Origin: the human T2T-CHM13v2.0 reference genome, Homo sapiens
NCBI RefSeq assembly: GCF_009914755.1
Contig: NC_060939.1
Length of the DNA: 64,000 nucleotides
Reading direction: 5' to 3' (one strand)
Position numbers and translations under genes: made by a program. The notes under the pieces are model-generated. The model had not been told where the DNA came from. It made no database searches and was given only the letters and a program-made list of their open reading frames with translations. This document shows positions 1 through 13,264 of this stretch, in pieces. Numbering within the stretch: the stretch's first letter is position 1; each line of letters opens with the position of its first letter.

Positions 1-189
1 CAGCACTTGGTCAGTACAAGTCCTGGTCAGTACTCGGCAAGTACTCAGTCAGTACATTTATGAATATAGATAAAATTTCATAAGTCAAAAAAAGGCAAAC
101 TAATTTGTTACAATTTCTACTTTTTCAGATTGGCGTTAGTGTAAGACAGTGAAGTTTTGTGTGTGGTGATACAAAGCGATAGAAGCTTT

Positions 190-680
190 TCAGAGCACAA
201 CATGCTTTAACCTAGAAATTTCACTGTTAGGAATTTCTATATTTAGGAATATCCTATGGAAAAAAAATGGGGGGTATTCACTAAAACAGAGGTCCAAGAA
301 TGATCATTGCAATAGTATGTATAACAGCAAAAGTTTGAAAGCAACTTAGTTTTACAGAAATATTAGATTACATGCAGAAAATACAGAAAGCACACAATGA
401 AGTATTATCTAAATAAAAATATCTAGAAATAAATGACATAAAAACTTATTCACATAAAATGTAAACTGAAAGATCTAGTTGCAAAACAATATGAACACGA
501 TTTTATGTACAGGTGTATAGGTGTGTGTAGGAGAAGATAATCCCTCCTCTAACCACACAGAAATAAGTACGAGAAACAAAGTAGAATGGCTGAATTGTCT
601 TCCTCTTCTTTCTCCTTTGTTCTTTCATGTTTCTGCACTTTCAATTTTTCCTCAATTGATCATATATTGCCTTTGTGATT
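190..680 (+). mobile_element. Old L1 (L1ME/L1MC-type) 3' region fragment
   Basis: Degenerate match to the ORF2-end/3'UTR pattern: 'acctagaaatttcactgttaggaattt', 'atcattgcaatagtatgtataacagcaaaagtttgaaagcaac', 'gttgcaaaacaatatg'. Boundaries approximate. Confidence 0.55.
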
Positions 681-1335
681 TTAATGCAAGATCTTGAGGC
701 TATTGCTTTATTAACTCAGAGTTTAAAACACTCCCCAATTGTTTACTATTTTATAAAAACAAGTACCTGAATACTTTGAAAACTCAACAGGTATGAAAAG
801 TTTTAATTACATTAAGAGTCAGAGTCTTACAAAAACTTTATATTACATGAATTAACAATTTAAGACACATGAAGGTGGAAATCCAGGAGTCTACCCTCAG
901 TCCTCTTGCTTCTCTGCTCTTAGAAATTAGAAGCCAATGGTATTTTTAATGTTGAAAGCGACATGTTTATGGAAACCCAGGGTAACCATTAAGTTATCAA
1001 CTACTACTTTTTTGTGTTTTCTTTAGAGGGTCACAGTATTATTTTAACCAAGGTTAGCTGGGTTTTTGTTTTTGTTTTTAGTATTTTGTTCCTGGTCTTA
1101 CTTTGTTGATGTGGAAAGTAATTTAAACTTTATGGCCCATTTGAAACAAGATTATTTATATCTGTGTGGCAATGTCTGCGTGTGCATGTAATTTATACGC
1201 CACTGCTATTGCTTCTCAAATTCCTCCTACTTGTTGGATTTATTTCCATTGTAAGCTTGTTATTTTTCACTTTAGTTAGTTAGAAATTAGAAAGTCGGAA
1301 GAAAAGTTTCCTTAACCAAGGATGCACAATTGTTT

Positions 1336-1356
1336 TGTGTGTGTGTGTGTGTGTGT
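1336..1356. repeat. (TG)n microsatellite
   Basis: Run of about 10 TG units read directly. Confidence 0.9.
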
Positions 1357-2075
1357 ACTAGTTTCCTGCTTGACTTTTCTCTTTTTGTTTAGTGTTTGAA
1401 ACTTAGCTTTTCTTAGGTGAGAACTGAAAACTCCAGAGTGAGTATTATGATGTTAAAGATGGCTTTAATTCATCTACTTAAACATTAGTTTAGAAAATTA
1501 TGCCAAGAATATTATGATGGAGAATACACCAGCAAAATTTTCCTTTGAAAAATTATCTATTTAATCAACAAGACAGCAGAATATTTATAAATCAAATTGG
1601 GGCTTTATATCTTTAGTACAAATGAGAAGTCCTTCATATTAATTTTAATTCCAGAACTTTGAGTTCTACGATTCTAACTTATCATACTACAACATAGAGA
1701 CATTTTCCCTCAGGAGTTAAAATGTCATGCTTAAATAGAGTCATATTTCCAAACATAAGAGCATTAAAGATGGCCTGATACTATATTTGAGAAAAGAGAG
1801 GTTTGTGATGAAATGTTCACTGTGGTCACTGCATTTTTCGATGCTTCCTGACAAAATTGTTTGTCATTTCCTTTGAGCTGGTATGTGTAATCATGAACCA
1901 TTTTTTAAATGTTTTCTATTTTTGGTGTCTGTCATTATAGAGCATGGTTGTCTGAGGAAGAAATTTAACTGAGCCTCTAGGCCTTTAGGGATGCGCACCA
2001 TGATCTAAAACCCTTTTCAGCCTTTCTTCCTCCCTCCATCCTAAATGTATCAAACCAAGTGTATCCAAATGGTGA

Positions 2076-2216
2076 CTCCAAATGGTGGCCTCAATATAGG
2101 AAACATGAACATCGATAAGGGTGGGCCTTTATTTCCTCAATTTGATGTCTCCAAATGGTGGCCTCCATAGAGGAAACATGAATATTGATCAGGGTAGGCC
2201 TTTATTTCTTTAATTT
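2076..2216. repeat. Two-copy tandem duplication, period 73 bp
   Basis: Copies 2076-2143 and 2149-2216 both run 'ctccaaatggtggcctc...ggaaacatgaa...ggcctttatttc...aattt' with 8 mismatches in 68 nt. A third partial 'tccaaatggtg' lies just upstream. Confidence 0.9.
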
Positions 2217-4960
2217 TCACATTCCTAACTTTTCCATAATTTGAAAATTTCATATTCTGTTTCTCCATGCCCCTCTCTGATCAGGCCTGAGATTCCAATT
2301 TCACTGAATAATAAAGTTTCCATTACAAGCACCCTCTAATCTTTTCTGTTCATGAAAGATAAAGAAAAAGGGTTAACTGTTCCAAAGGAAAGTTGAGATA
2401 AATTCCAATATTCAAAAAAATGTGAGAGGAACGACCAAAAAGAATAAATGGCTTTTTCTCCTCCCACATCCCCCACTAAACCTTGAAGAAAATGGGATTA
2501 TTCAAAGGTCTAGAGATTTCCATCTGAAGGCATCTCTCCTCCATTAGGAAGAAGAACATGAGTTTCAGCGGCTTATACAGAAGAACAACTCCAAGAGCTG
2601 GATGCAGCACGAGGTATTGGTAAAAACATTCCTTCTGCAGAAATACTAAAGGGCCCCACTGTGTGGTTTTAAATCAAATTTATTATGGAAGAAGTCTCTT
2701 TTGTTCTTCTAAGTGGCACCTGATCCATTTAAGAAAACAGCTTGATCTAAACAAGTTCATTGAGAGTGGCATTAATTATCGGCCTTCATTTTTCTATAAA
2801 CTTATATAAAACTTGTAGCTTTATGTGTTTTGTTCCTATTGACAACTGAATCAGGCTAAACTTCTAAAGAAAAGATGAAGAACAAAAATAGAACACAGAA
2901 TACAAAACAGTGAACATTCATCTTTTTGCTGTAGAGAAGCTGTTGCTTCCAAGTTCTGTGACTGCATTTTATATAAGCGTTCATGGTTTAGGGTTATAAT
3001 CTTGGATTTCAAATGAGAAAATTCCTTCCTAAATCTGATTCAACCCCTCAACTGCTTTCATTATTATTATTTTCTGAAAAGCTGAACATCTGGCTTATCC
3101 TCCTCCCTATTGCTTAGAACTGTGCAATAACATTTCCATAGGATGAATTAATAAATAAAACCATACAGTATTCTGTTTTCCAGAATAAGGTATAGCAGCC
3201 ATTTTAGTATTTAGAGAGAGACAGGTTCCCAAAATAAACTCAATGGGGGAGAAAAAAAGCTATCACTCTACAAATGCATTTGCGAGGCATTACGATTAAT
3301 ATTGATATAATGCCTCTATATATCTACTTGGCACCTGTTGAATTGTTGTACTTACCCATTAGCACTCCATTTAATACCAGAGGGCAGTTAATAAATTCTT
3401 CCTTCCTGTGCAGGAAATTGACTAAAAGACACAAAATTAGCTTTTAAATTTTAAAGAATTAAGATCTCTACTGCTGACTTTTTCCTTTATTCAGTTACCT
3501 TGAGAAGGAGCGTTCAACTTTATTCTTTGTGTAGCTAGAACCTGTTAGATCCTCAGACCTCAGACTTTGCTTCTAAAAGGCACAATTTGTGTCCTTTCTC
3601 AGATCTTCCCTGCACCAGTTTGCAGGAAAGATCTAGGCTTGGATGATTGTCTAGGCCTTAGGCCCCAGAGGCCAGAGAGGTCAGGCTTTTGTACTGAGAA
3701 GTTGCCTGGATTTCTTTACATTCTTTGTTTGATAAAAGATAGTAATGGCTTTTTGTACCATGCACACTCCACCCCCAACTGTAAGCACAATGGCATGCCA
3801 ACCGAAAAGGGGATAAGCCAAAGAGGTACATCTTTATGGCTTCCATGGAGATTTTCTATGGCTATTTTAAATTTCAGAAACAAAAAGGCAAACTGTCAAA
3901 AAAAAATAGAATGCAAGAGTTTTGATTCTTTGCAACAAAGTCTCAATATAAGAAAAATGCATATTATGAAGGGTAAAAATAGCTCCTCCTAATTAATAAC
4001 ATTCTTGGAGAGAACAGCTTATAAATCTTTTTTAAAATATAAGATCCACATAAACTTCTCGAAACGGTATTATAGACACTAACAGGAAAAACTGCTGGTA
4101 TCGGAAGGATGATGTTAGAATAGTAGTGGGTTCTCTTTTTTGTTTGTTTTTTAACAGTTTAAGTGTTTATTTGTTTATGATGTCTGTTTAGTTAGCAAAA
4201 AGAGATATTTATTATTCTTTTATGTATTTAGAGGAAAGTCTGAATTATTTTCCTTCACCATCTCAACATTCTTCAAAACTTTGGAAAAAATGCTTATGAT
4301 TAGAAAATCCAAAAGAATTCATTGCTTTTTTTCCTCCAACATCAAGAGTCTTATCATCTTTCCCAGTGTCCTTCAATGGTAGTAAAAATCTACAGAAAAA
4401 AAAAAAAAAAAAACAGCCTCTACTTTAGAACAGGAGAATTTATATCTCCCAAACAAGAATGCCCCCATTATTATCGGAAACACCCATAAATTGTGAGGGC
4501 GCCACAGAAAAGAAGGGCAAGTGTTTACATTAAGACTTCCTCAAGGCCGCCTTTGCCCATCTGTTGAGTATTTGTCTATTTGGCTTTTGAAAAAACAAAT
4601 CCGTGTGGAGACTAGAGATAGATGGGGATAAAATAACAAATAAATCTGTTTTTATTCTTACATTTTAGCTTCATCTATCCTTTCTATTTTAAAAGTACTA
4701 TAACAGAAAACCAATTCTCTTTTTAAGACTATCTCCCAGAAATTACTGATTGCTACCTCTATGACTCTTTGGAAATTTCCTTTCACATCACAGTGATGCA
4801 TACACTAAAAAAATAAATTTCTCTTCAACAGTGATAACAGGTTTTTCAAATATTTAAGAATGATCAATTACCATTAATTGCCCGAAAATCCTTGGCCTTA
4901 TTGCATTAGACAAGATTTGAGCATTCAGTCATTCCTTGTATCTTATTTCTTTAGCTTGTT

Positions 4961-5282
<322 letters not shown>

Positions 5283-6847
5283 AAGCTTGGTTTTTAAATC
5301 CCATTCCTCCAAGTTGATTTTTATAAGGTAAGGGAAGCACTGTTTTCCAAAGCTAGAACCACTTAACAACTCTGCAGTAAGCATACACTACAAGAATTTT
5401 CCCGAAGATTTTGGGGAAGCTTACCAAGGTGCCTATGCCATTGGGCAGCATTTCCCAAGTAACTATCTGAGCAGGAATGAACAAAGGTGGAGCAAAACCA
5501 AATCTTCAAGGATGGCCCTTCAGAGGTTGTTGCAGAGCTTTCAGCAGCTGCCACAAATGCCTGGCATTTGCCAATAGCACTGAGCTCTCTGTTGACTTTC
5601 TGTCTGAGGCCTTAAAGCAAATGGACTGTCCAACACTGAAATATTGCCTTGTACTGGTCCTAACTACAGCCAGGGAATTGTCACATAAAGCATACCATGC
5701 CATCTAAAGGAAATTCTGGTCTTTTCTTGGGCAACAGCCTAAATGTTTCTGGGTCATGTTCACAACTGCTCATATGCATCCATCATCAGGGTTTCCAATG
5801 TGCCATGGCTCTTTTGCCCTGGCCTGAGGAATCTCAACCATTCACCCATTTGACAAACATAGTAAGTTCCTACTTTATTCCAGGTAGTGTGCTAAATGAT
5901 AAACCTACAGTACCTAACAAAACTGGTGTGTGTGTTACACCAATACATAAGTAATACCTATCAATCATATGCCTAGGAGTGTGATAGCTACTAGAGAATC
6001 CAAAGGATTCCTCTGCCTTTGTGGATTTTATAGTCTGATTGAGAAAAAAAGATGTTTACATTAGAAACCATTATGAGACAATACAGGGTGGTATTATTTT
6101 CCCCATTCTACAAATGTTCTCTTCCTTCCACATGTTACAAGAAAAATCCTATTCCATTTTTGTGAAATTATACATTTCTAGGACAATGCAGAAAATTAAT
6201 GTGTCATAGATCCAGGGAGATTTTAGAGCATTGTCTTTTCTCTGAATCCCAAGCTTTTTTGTGCAGCTAAGAAACCGAAAAACCCGCTCTTACTCCGGCT
6301 GTTTATTCCCTAAATGTTAAGCCAAAAGTGTAAATTACCATCTTCCTAATTCACGAATGTGCTTTCAGATTCCTTTAAAAAGCATAACTTTTGTGGATTG
6401 AGCAAGTTTTAGAAGAGCCATCAAAATTCAGATTAGCTTAGTTTGTGGCCAAGAAAGGGGGTATCCTAAATAGTATGAGTTCTTTGCTAACAGACAAGCT
6501 TTGGCTTGCCACTGGACTAGCGGCAGCATTTGTATCTTTATGAAATGTTTTATGTTGTCCTCAGATTTAACAGACATACTATTTTGGGGCTTATCTTGGA
6601 CTTCTTTTCACTGTCTCCTCAGAACCTACCCCTTACTTTCATCTGTGCATCTCACAGGAGTTTCATATTCTCTTCAATTCCCTTGCATTTTGGAAATAGT
6701 TACTACGGCCAGTCTATAATGAAAAGCTGGAAGCTCCAACTCCCAAGGTCTCTTTAAGTCAAAGCTTATTGGACAATGTTATTCCACTTGATCATCATTT
6801 TCCTGGACAGGGAGGAGAGGCGATCAGGAATGTTAATCTGGCTACCA

Positions 6848-6907
<60 letters not shown>

Positions 6908-6918
6908 ATCTATCTATC
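6848..6918. repeat. (TATC)15 ATC (TATC)2 GATA-class tetranucleotide STR
   Basis: 15 perfect TATC units at 6848-6907, then ATC and two more units. Confidence 0.95.
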
Positions 6919-7092
6919 TGTATACACACACACACATATACATACACATATATATGCACACATATACACACATATATATACACATATGTGTATATATCCC
7001 TAGATATATATATGCATGTGTGTATATATATGCGTGTGTGTGTATGTGTGTATATGTATATATATCCCCTTCTATATGTATAGATAGATAGA
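6919..7092. repeat. Compound (CA/TA)n-(TG/TA)n low-complexity repeat ending in (TAGA)3
   Basis: CA-rich left half, TG-rich right half, then 'tagatagataga'. Confidence 0.9.
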
Positions 7093-9221
7093 TGGGGATT
7101 TCTTGTTTTCTTGTTTTTAACCACTGAACTCCTGCACACAGTCCACTCTGAGACTTAGGGCAAATTTGAATCCAGAAAACATTGATTTCCTCACTGCTAT
7201 GTTGTTGAAATCATAAAACTACATAACAAGAGTGCAGAAAGCCATATTTTATAAACACCCTAATGTATGGCACATGACTAAAGTCATAAATCTTGACACA
7301 TTTACCAAACAAAGTAAAAATCTTCATTTGTCTTACAGAAAGAGAAGTACTCCCATGTGTTTGGACATCTGCACAGTCAACATGTGGCAATTATTGTGCG
7401 AAAAATAGAATCACTGTAATTGCTGTTGCAAATTACGGCCTCATTGATTAGTATCTTACTCCCTCTCAAACTCTCCACCTCATCACAAATAAGGAGACAC
7501 ACACACTCAAGGCCTTTGAGGAGATTTTCCCCAAACCGTTTTAGAATAGATTTACTCTCAGCAGGCTCTCCTACACCATTACACAGTCTTTGCTTTTTGT
7601 TTAAGGATATCTTCAGAATTTCTTACATACCCTTCCTGTATGTTTACTTAGGCACTAAAATTAAGTACACATAATGAAGCCATCTGCAGCAAACAGAATT
7701 AATAAATGGAATACCATATTGCTGTGAAGATGTATATTCAACAAATATGTAACACACCGTTCTCTGCGGAACTTGGCATTTCTCATGTGTTACTGAGAAT
7801 ATTTGAATGGGTCCCAAGTTATTTTGGTGTCTGGGGATTGCATACTGAGGCTGGAAACCTCACCAATAAGTTCATCCTGTAAAAAGTTTCTGACTCCTCG
7901 TACCAGACTTTCTATCAGGAAACTAATGTGATATACACATATCATAAAGTTTGGGGGACTGAGCAAATGAATATTATAAAATGCCCTTTGTTACTTACTC
8001 TAAAGATGTTTCTTCTTAGATGTCTATGCTGTTTTTTCTTCATATTCACCAGACCTGATTTGGGGCTGATTATTTTTCAAGATATACACGAGGGACACAG
8101 CCAGATGATGTCAAACTGCCCCACTACATCTATCAGAATTTCTTGGAAAAGCAAAGAAATAAAGTATGAAGCAATCATCCACGAGCTGCACTTGGCTTCT
8201 ATATAAATATACCAAGGATTGATTATACCATTTCTGTCAAGCTTGTGTTTGTCTTTATTTCACAAGCAAATTTCGTATTGTGCTGGAGATGCTACAAGAC
8301 TTAGCTAAGGTAGGGAAATGGAATTTAGCCTTTGAACCAATTGCAGGGGGGAGTCAGAAGTGAAGTTCAGATTCATTTCCTTCATACCACCCTTAGATAA
8401 AAGAGGGCACAAGCTGAGATGTGTTCAACAGTGCTCCTGGTCTTGGAAAGGGAGGGTATCTCTGACAAGGAAGATGCACTCTATGGACCAGCTCTCAGTA
8501 AGCAAATTTGTGCTAACCAGGGCTGACTTTCTCTCTGCTTGCACAGTACAACTGTCCTGTCATGGCAGCTCCACCAGAAGATTTGGTTGGGGGAGAAGGG
8601 GAGCTGTCACTAGGACATTTGCCATTGTTGTGCAATTTTTTTCATCAAGGCGTCCTTTGACTTGTATAGCAGATTCCTTAAGTCCATAAATACAGATTCC
8701 ATAAATAACACACAAAAGGGAGACCCTGGGCTAAACATTTGCAACCTTAACCAGAATATGGCACACTTATTTTCTAAATTGCATAAGGATCTAGCCTAAG
8801 ATCAGCATTTCCTCGGGACAAGTCTTCAGGTTATGTTTTTTTGTTTGGTTTTGTTTTTTTTTATATATCCATCTTCTTTCAGACACCTGGGTAAAAATCC
8901 CAGCCTGCAGCCACTTGCTTTTTCCGCACCACAGAAGAATTCCCATGGACACAACAAATGACACCAATTGAAAGGCGGGCCTGCTCTAGTAGAAACTGAC
9001 CTTACCTGCCTTCCTTCCCTTCCCACCCTTGAGGCTTCAGCCCAGCTGGCCAAGTTCCAGGGGAAGTTTCCCAATGGCTTCTTAACAGTATGGGTCTCAC
9101 TATAGGAAACACTGGAAGACAGTTTCTCTCTAGAGGTGACTGAGGTGAAGAACTTAAAGTCTTCATACTTACCATCTATTATTACAAGATGGAAGGAGAA
9201 AGAGGAGGAAGCAGTCACTTG

Positions 9222-9395
9222 TTGAACACTCACTTGTACTACACTGAGCTAGGCACTTAGACAGAGTCCTCATTTAATCCCCTATTACCCTGTGGGGAGA
9301 ATGTTAAATTTACAGATGTTAAAACTGAGGCTCACAGAGACAGCCAGTGAAAGATCTTGAATTTGAATTTTATGTTTTTCTAAATCCAAAGCTTG
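9222..9395 (-). mobile_element. MIR
   Basis: 'ctcatttaatcc', 'tttacagatgttaaaactgaggctcacagag' match the MIR core in reverse orientation. Confidence 0.75.
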
Positions 9396-9769
9396 TATTT
9401 TTTTGTTTTTTTGTGTGTGTTTTCTTTCTTTCTTTTTTCTTTTCTTTTTTTTTTGCTTCAGATTGCTTCTTATTGTTTTTAATTATTTTTTAAATAGCCC
9501 TACCTATACCTCATCACTGGGGAGTCTTACCAGTACAGTTGAAGGTTAATTATGTGAAAAATCTGCTGTGTTATGACAAAATGCCCTAATGCCAGAAGAG
9601 AGGTTGGCATTCAACATGCTAGTGAAAGATCAACCCAGCTGGCAAAGATGTATATAAATTGCTCCATAATTGACCTTCTCCGTGGCTTGCTCTTGTATGA
9701 TCTAAATGTGATAAACTGTATAAAGGGCTAAGCTCAGTGCTTGGCAACCAGAAGACACTTCCTTGTAGT

Positions 9770-9968
9770 TAGGGTCCCAGATGTAGCAAATGAAAATTCA
9801 GTACAGCCAGTGAAATTCTGATTTCAGATTAAAAAGTGAATAATATTTTATCATAAGTATGTTCCATGCAACCTCTGGGATAGGCTTATATTAAAATCTC
9901 ATTTAATGTTTTAAATCTGAGATTCAATTTGAATGAGGCATCCTCCAGTTTACTGTCAAGGCATTCTA
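9770..9968 (+). mobile_element. MER53 (palindromic hAT-type MITE)
   Basis: 'tagggtcccagatgtagcaaatgaaaattcag...ccagtgaaattctgatttcagat...ataagtatgttccatgcaa...tgggataggcttat...atctgagattcaatttgaa' is collinear with MER53 as recalled. Internal inverted symmetry is visible. Confidence 0.8.
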
Positions 9969-10344
9969 TAGTTTACCATACTGGTAGCGAGAAGAGTATT
10001 AAAGCCCAGTGTGGTAATCATACTCTCTCTGGAGAAAGATAATTTCCTTAAGTAATGGGGATAATAGTGCCTACTTCACAGGTAAACGGAAAGATTATAG
10101 GTGAACCTATACATAAAACACTTAATATATAGTTGGGATTTAGCACAGAAAACTAAATTGTTTATTTACCCTTTGTTCAGGGAGTTTAAAGCTCTGAGGT
10201 CCTCTGAAGCTGCACCTAATTTGGGATTCCTAGGGGAGAAAAAGGAGAGCTGGCTGCCCCCCAGGGTCATCTCTGGTATACTCTGTAAATCTCAGAATCT
10301 CTGTAGCAGTTCAAGACCACAACTTTTAATAACGGAAGCCTGGT

Positions 10345-10545
10345 AAAATATGTGTCAGATGCTGTTCTAAACGAATTACCCGTATCCAATTATTTAGTCC
10401 TCTCAACAACCCTATATGTTTACCATCTTTAGTTTTACAAATTGGGCTTGAGGCACAGAGTGGTAAAGTAACTGGCTTAGGGAATCCCTGACCGCACAGA
10501 ACCAAGGCAGCCTGGTTCCAGAGTACAGGCCCTTACGCCTATACT
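10345..10545 (-). mobile_element. MIR
   Basis: 'tttagtcctctcaacaaccctat', 'ttttacaaattgggcttgaggcacagagtggtaaagtaactggc', 'ggcagcctggttccagagt'. Confidence 0.75.
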
Positions 10546-12619
10546 AAGACCCAGGACACTGACCGATGAGCATGAATTCGGACTTTGTCATGCTTGATTG
10601 CCTGGGGTTCTGTGGTGGTCTGGCATCTGCTGCTTCCCACAGCATCTGAAGACAAGAGTTGAAAAAAGGTGAGTGGAGTGTGTGCAATTGTGGAATTGCC
10701 CATGGATGACATATTAAATCTCCTCTTGTAGAGACTTATCTTAAGGGATTAGCTGGGGATCTATTTTCTGTGTGCTGAAGAGAATACTGGTTGTGTGCCT
10801 GGGAAACCTGTTCTTGGACATGGGACACCATGTGTGGTGGTAGAGCCAGCACCACCACTGGTGATTTGCTACATCTCATGCTGAAACATGTGTGTTTCAG
10901 TTGGTTCTTCCTGCTGCTGAGAACATCCTGACATAGCGAGGGCCACAGCATTGCCAAGTGGGCATTTGCTCAATGAGACATAGCCATTCAGAGGCTACTC
11001 TGCAAGAGAGCAGTCGCAATCCACTGTGCCAATGATCGGCTGATTAGCTAAGCATTAGGGGTCTGAAGGGCCTACCTGAATCCAGATGGATTTCAATTAG
11101 GCCCCTTTTTAAATACTGTTAAAAAAATGTTTACTTAAAAGCACCATTAAACTACAAATGCTGCAAGAAAATCAAATCAACTCTTGAAACAACCACAATA
11201 CCTAGAGGATAGCTGATGGATCACTGAGGCACTGTGCTAGGCGCTAGGGGAAACATCCTATACACATTTCTCAGGTAACCTTCCAGTTACACTTCAGGGT
11301 GGAAGGGTGACGTTAAGTGCTTTCCTTGCCATGGGACCGAAGGTAAATCAGGAAGGAATGGGAACTGATGAGTGCCAAAGTGACTTCATCATGAGCCTCC
11401 AATAGAATTTACACTTCCTGATGGAAAGATTCCAAGATTTTTAGTTGGAAAAGCTGCATTTAGAAAACAAATATGCGTAAGCTACCACATAGATGTATCT
11501 TGAGCACACTGTCATTTAACAATCACGGAAAGTCCATCGGGGAATGTTTAGAGAACACACAGCTTTCATTCTCCCCAAATTCTATATTATATCTATCCTT
11601 TGGTCAAGCCAAATAAGGTGACCATTGGTAATTAAATTACACCATCTTTCTCTCTTCCCTAAGATAATTTCTCTCAACCATCAGTGCACACTGGGAATCT
11701 CGGAGAAAGTAGCCCAGCATTGCTCTTGCTCATCCGTCAAAAGGTTGCCTTGAATATTGTTCACTCAGGTGTACAGCTTTCCCCTATGAGACTCCCAGGG
11801 AGAAACACCTGTCTGAAATTAGTACCAATAATAGTTGAAAATCGCCAAAGCTACTGGTGATTACTTATTTCATGGATGCTATAAACTATGTATCTGAAAA
11901 TATTTCTCTTCACTTTGGCTTCTAGGAAGCTGAAAGCTAACTCTTAAATCTGCCCAGAGGATCAGTAAATACATTGTGGCCAATCTTATTGGTATCACTT
12001 TTTCACTATACTTTTTTTTCAAGTTAATTTTAATTCATTCACTTATATTATTTTAAGTATACCTTAAGGCAGACTCAATACTGTTCCAAAGACAACAAAA
12101 AAGGTAGGAAGGGAAAAGGAGAATAGGCGATAGTAACTTCAGAACGGTGATGTGCGTGAGAGTATGGTGTCAATTGTAGACTGTTGTGCAAAAATAATAT
12201 ATTTACACTATTAGTAGTAGAAGTCATATCTAATAATGGTGTTAATACTATTATCAGCATTAGTATCCCTATTTTGGTAAGACAGTGATGAGTGGCAGGA
12301 AAGAGAAGAAGAGAACTGGCATTAAACCAAACTTGGTGCTAGCTGCTGAAGGCAGGCAATGGCATCCATTCCTCAAGAACGACCCATGAGAGGAGGGTGT
12401 TCACATGCTCACTGTATAACTGAGGAAACGGAGGCTGGTGGAGCAAGCTGGTGGAGGACCAGCATTAGTGGTGCTCAGGACGCACTGCTAATGCTGAGGC
12501 TGGTGTTGCTGTCCAGGTCTATCTGCTTCCGTCTTTGCGTTCTTTATAGCACCCTGTGGACAATGAGGCCAACATTCAGCCCTGTTTGTTTGCATACCTC
12601 ATTTGTCTCAGAAAATATT

Positions 12620-12892
12620 TAAGAGGGTAGCACCTGTTACTTATTTTACGCTTAAAGCTTCGGAAAAGATTCCCTTCCTTGCAGAAGTCTTTCCTGGTTC
12701 AGTCACTTCCCTTCCATGTTCTCCCACTGTCACCACACACATCACGGTGTGTTCTTACCTTGAGTGCCCACTGGCTGGGAGCCTCCCAAGGACAGGATGG
12801 CAGTCCTGTCCAGCACTGTATTTGTGGGACCCTAGCAGACTACCTGGCTGATGGCTAGTGCTACTCAATAAATGTTAAATAAATGAGTGAGT
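12620..12892 (+). mobile_element. L2 3' end
   Basis: 'gagcctcccaaggacagg...ccctagcagactacctggc...ctcaataaatgttaaataaatgagtgagtg' resembles the L2 terminus. Confidence 0.6.
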
Positions 12893-13149
12893 GGCGACTG
12901 GAAAGTCTGAGGCTGCCAAGGGGTGTGTGTCTCACAATTTCTTCTTTGTGTCATCTCTTCCATTGCAGATGAAGAGCCATCTTCTTTCTTTTTATGGCTA
13001 GACCACCCACCTTCCCATTGACCGACTGTTATGTTGTCTGCCTCTTTAAATATCTTGTTACTTTCCCACCAACATTTTCAACCTCTCACCCCTTTACACT
13101 AGGTCCTCTACCAGTGACGAAGTATTCCTGAGTATCTTGTGTCCAGTTG

Positions 13150-13264
13150 TCCCTCACCCTAGCTGATCATCCAAACTACCTGGAGACATGTTGAAATCTG
13201 AGCCTCACCTTGGATTACTAAATTGGGATTTCCAGGATTAGGCCTAGGTATTAGTCTTTTTTTT
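13150..13264. mobile_element. MER5-type (hAT-Charlie) fragment
   Basis: 'ctcaccctagctgatcatccaaactacctggagac...gagcctcacc...ggcctaggtattagtctttt'. Confidence 0.5.

Noticed and set aside
2064-2216. Repeated CCAAATGGTG as a CRISPR-like array
   Set aside because: The whole unit including the 'spacer' is duplicated, there are only two full copies, and the context is mammalian.
6769-7139. Three overlapping ORFs rich in IYLS/HT/YI
   Set aside because: Stop-free reading of microsatellite sequence.
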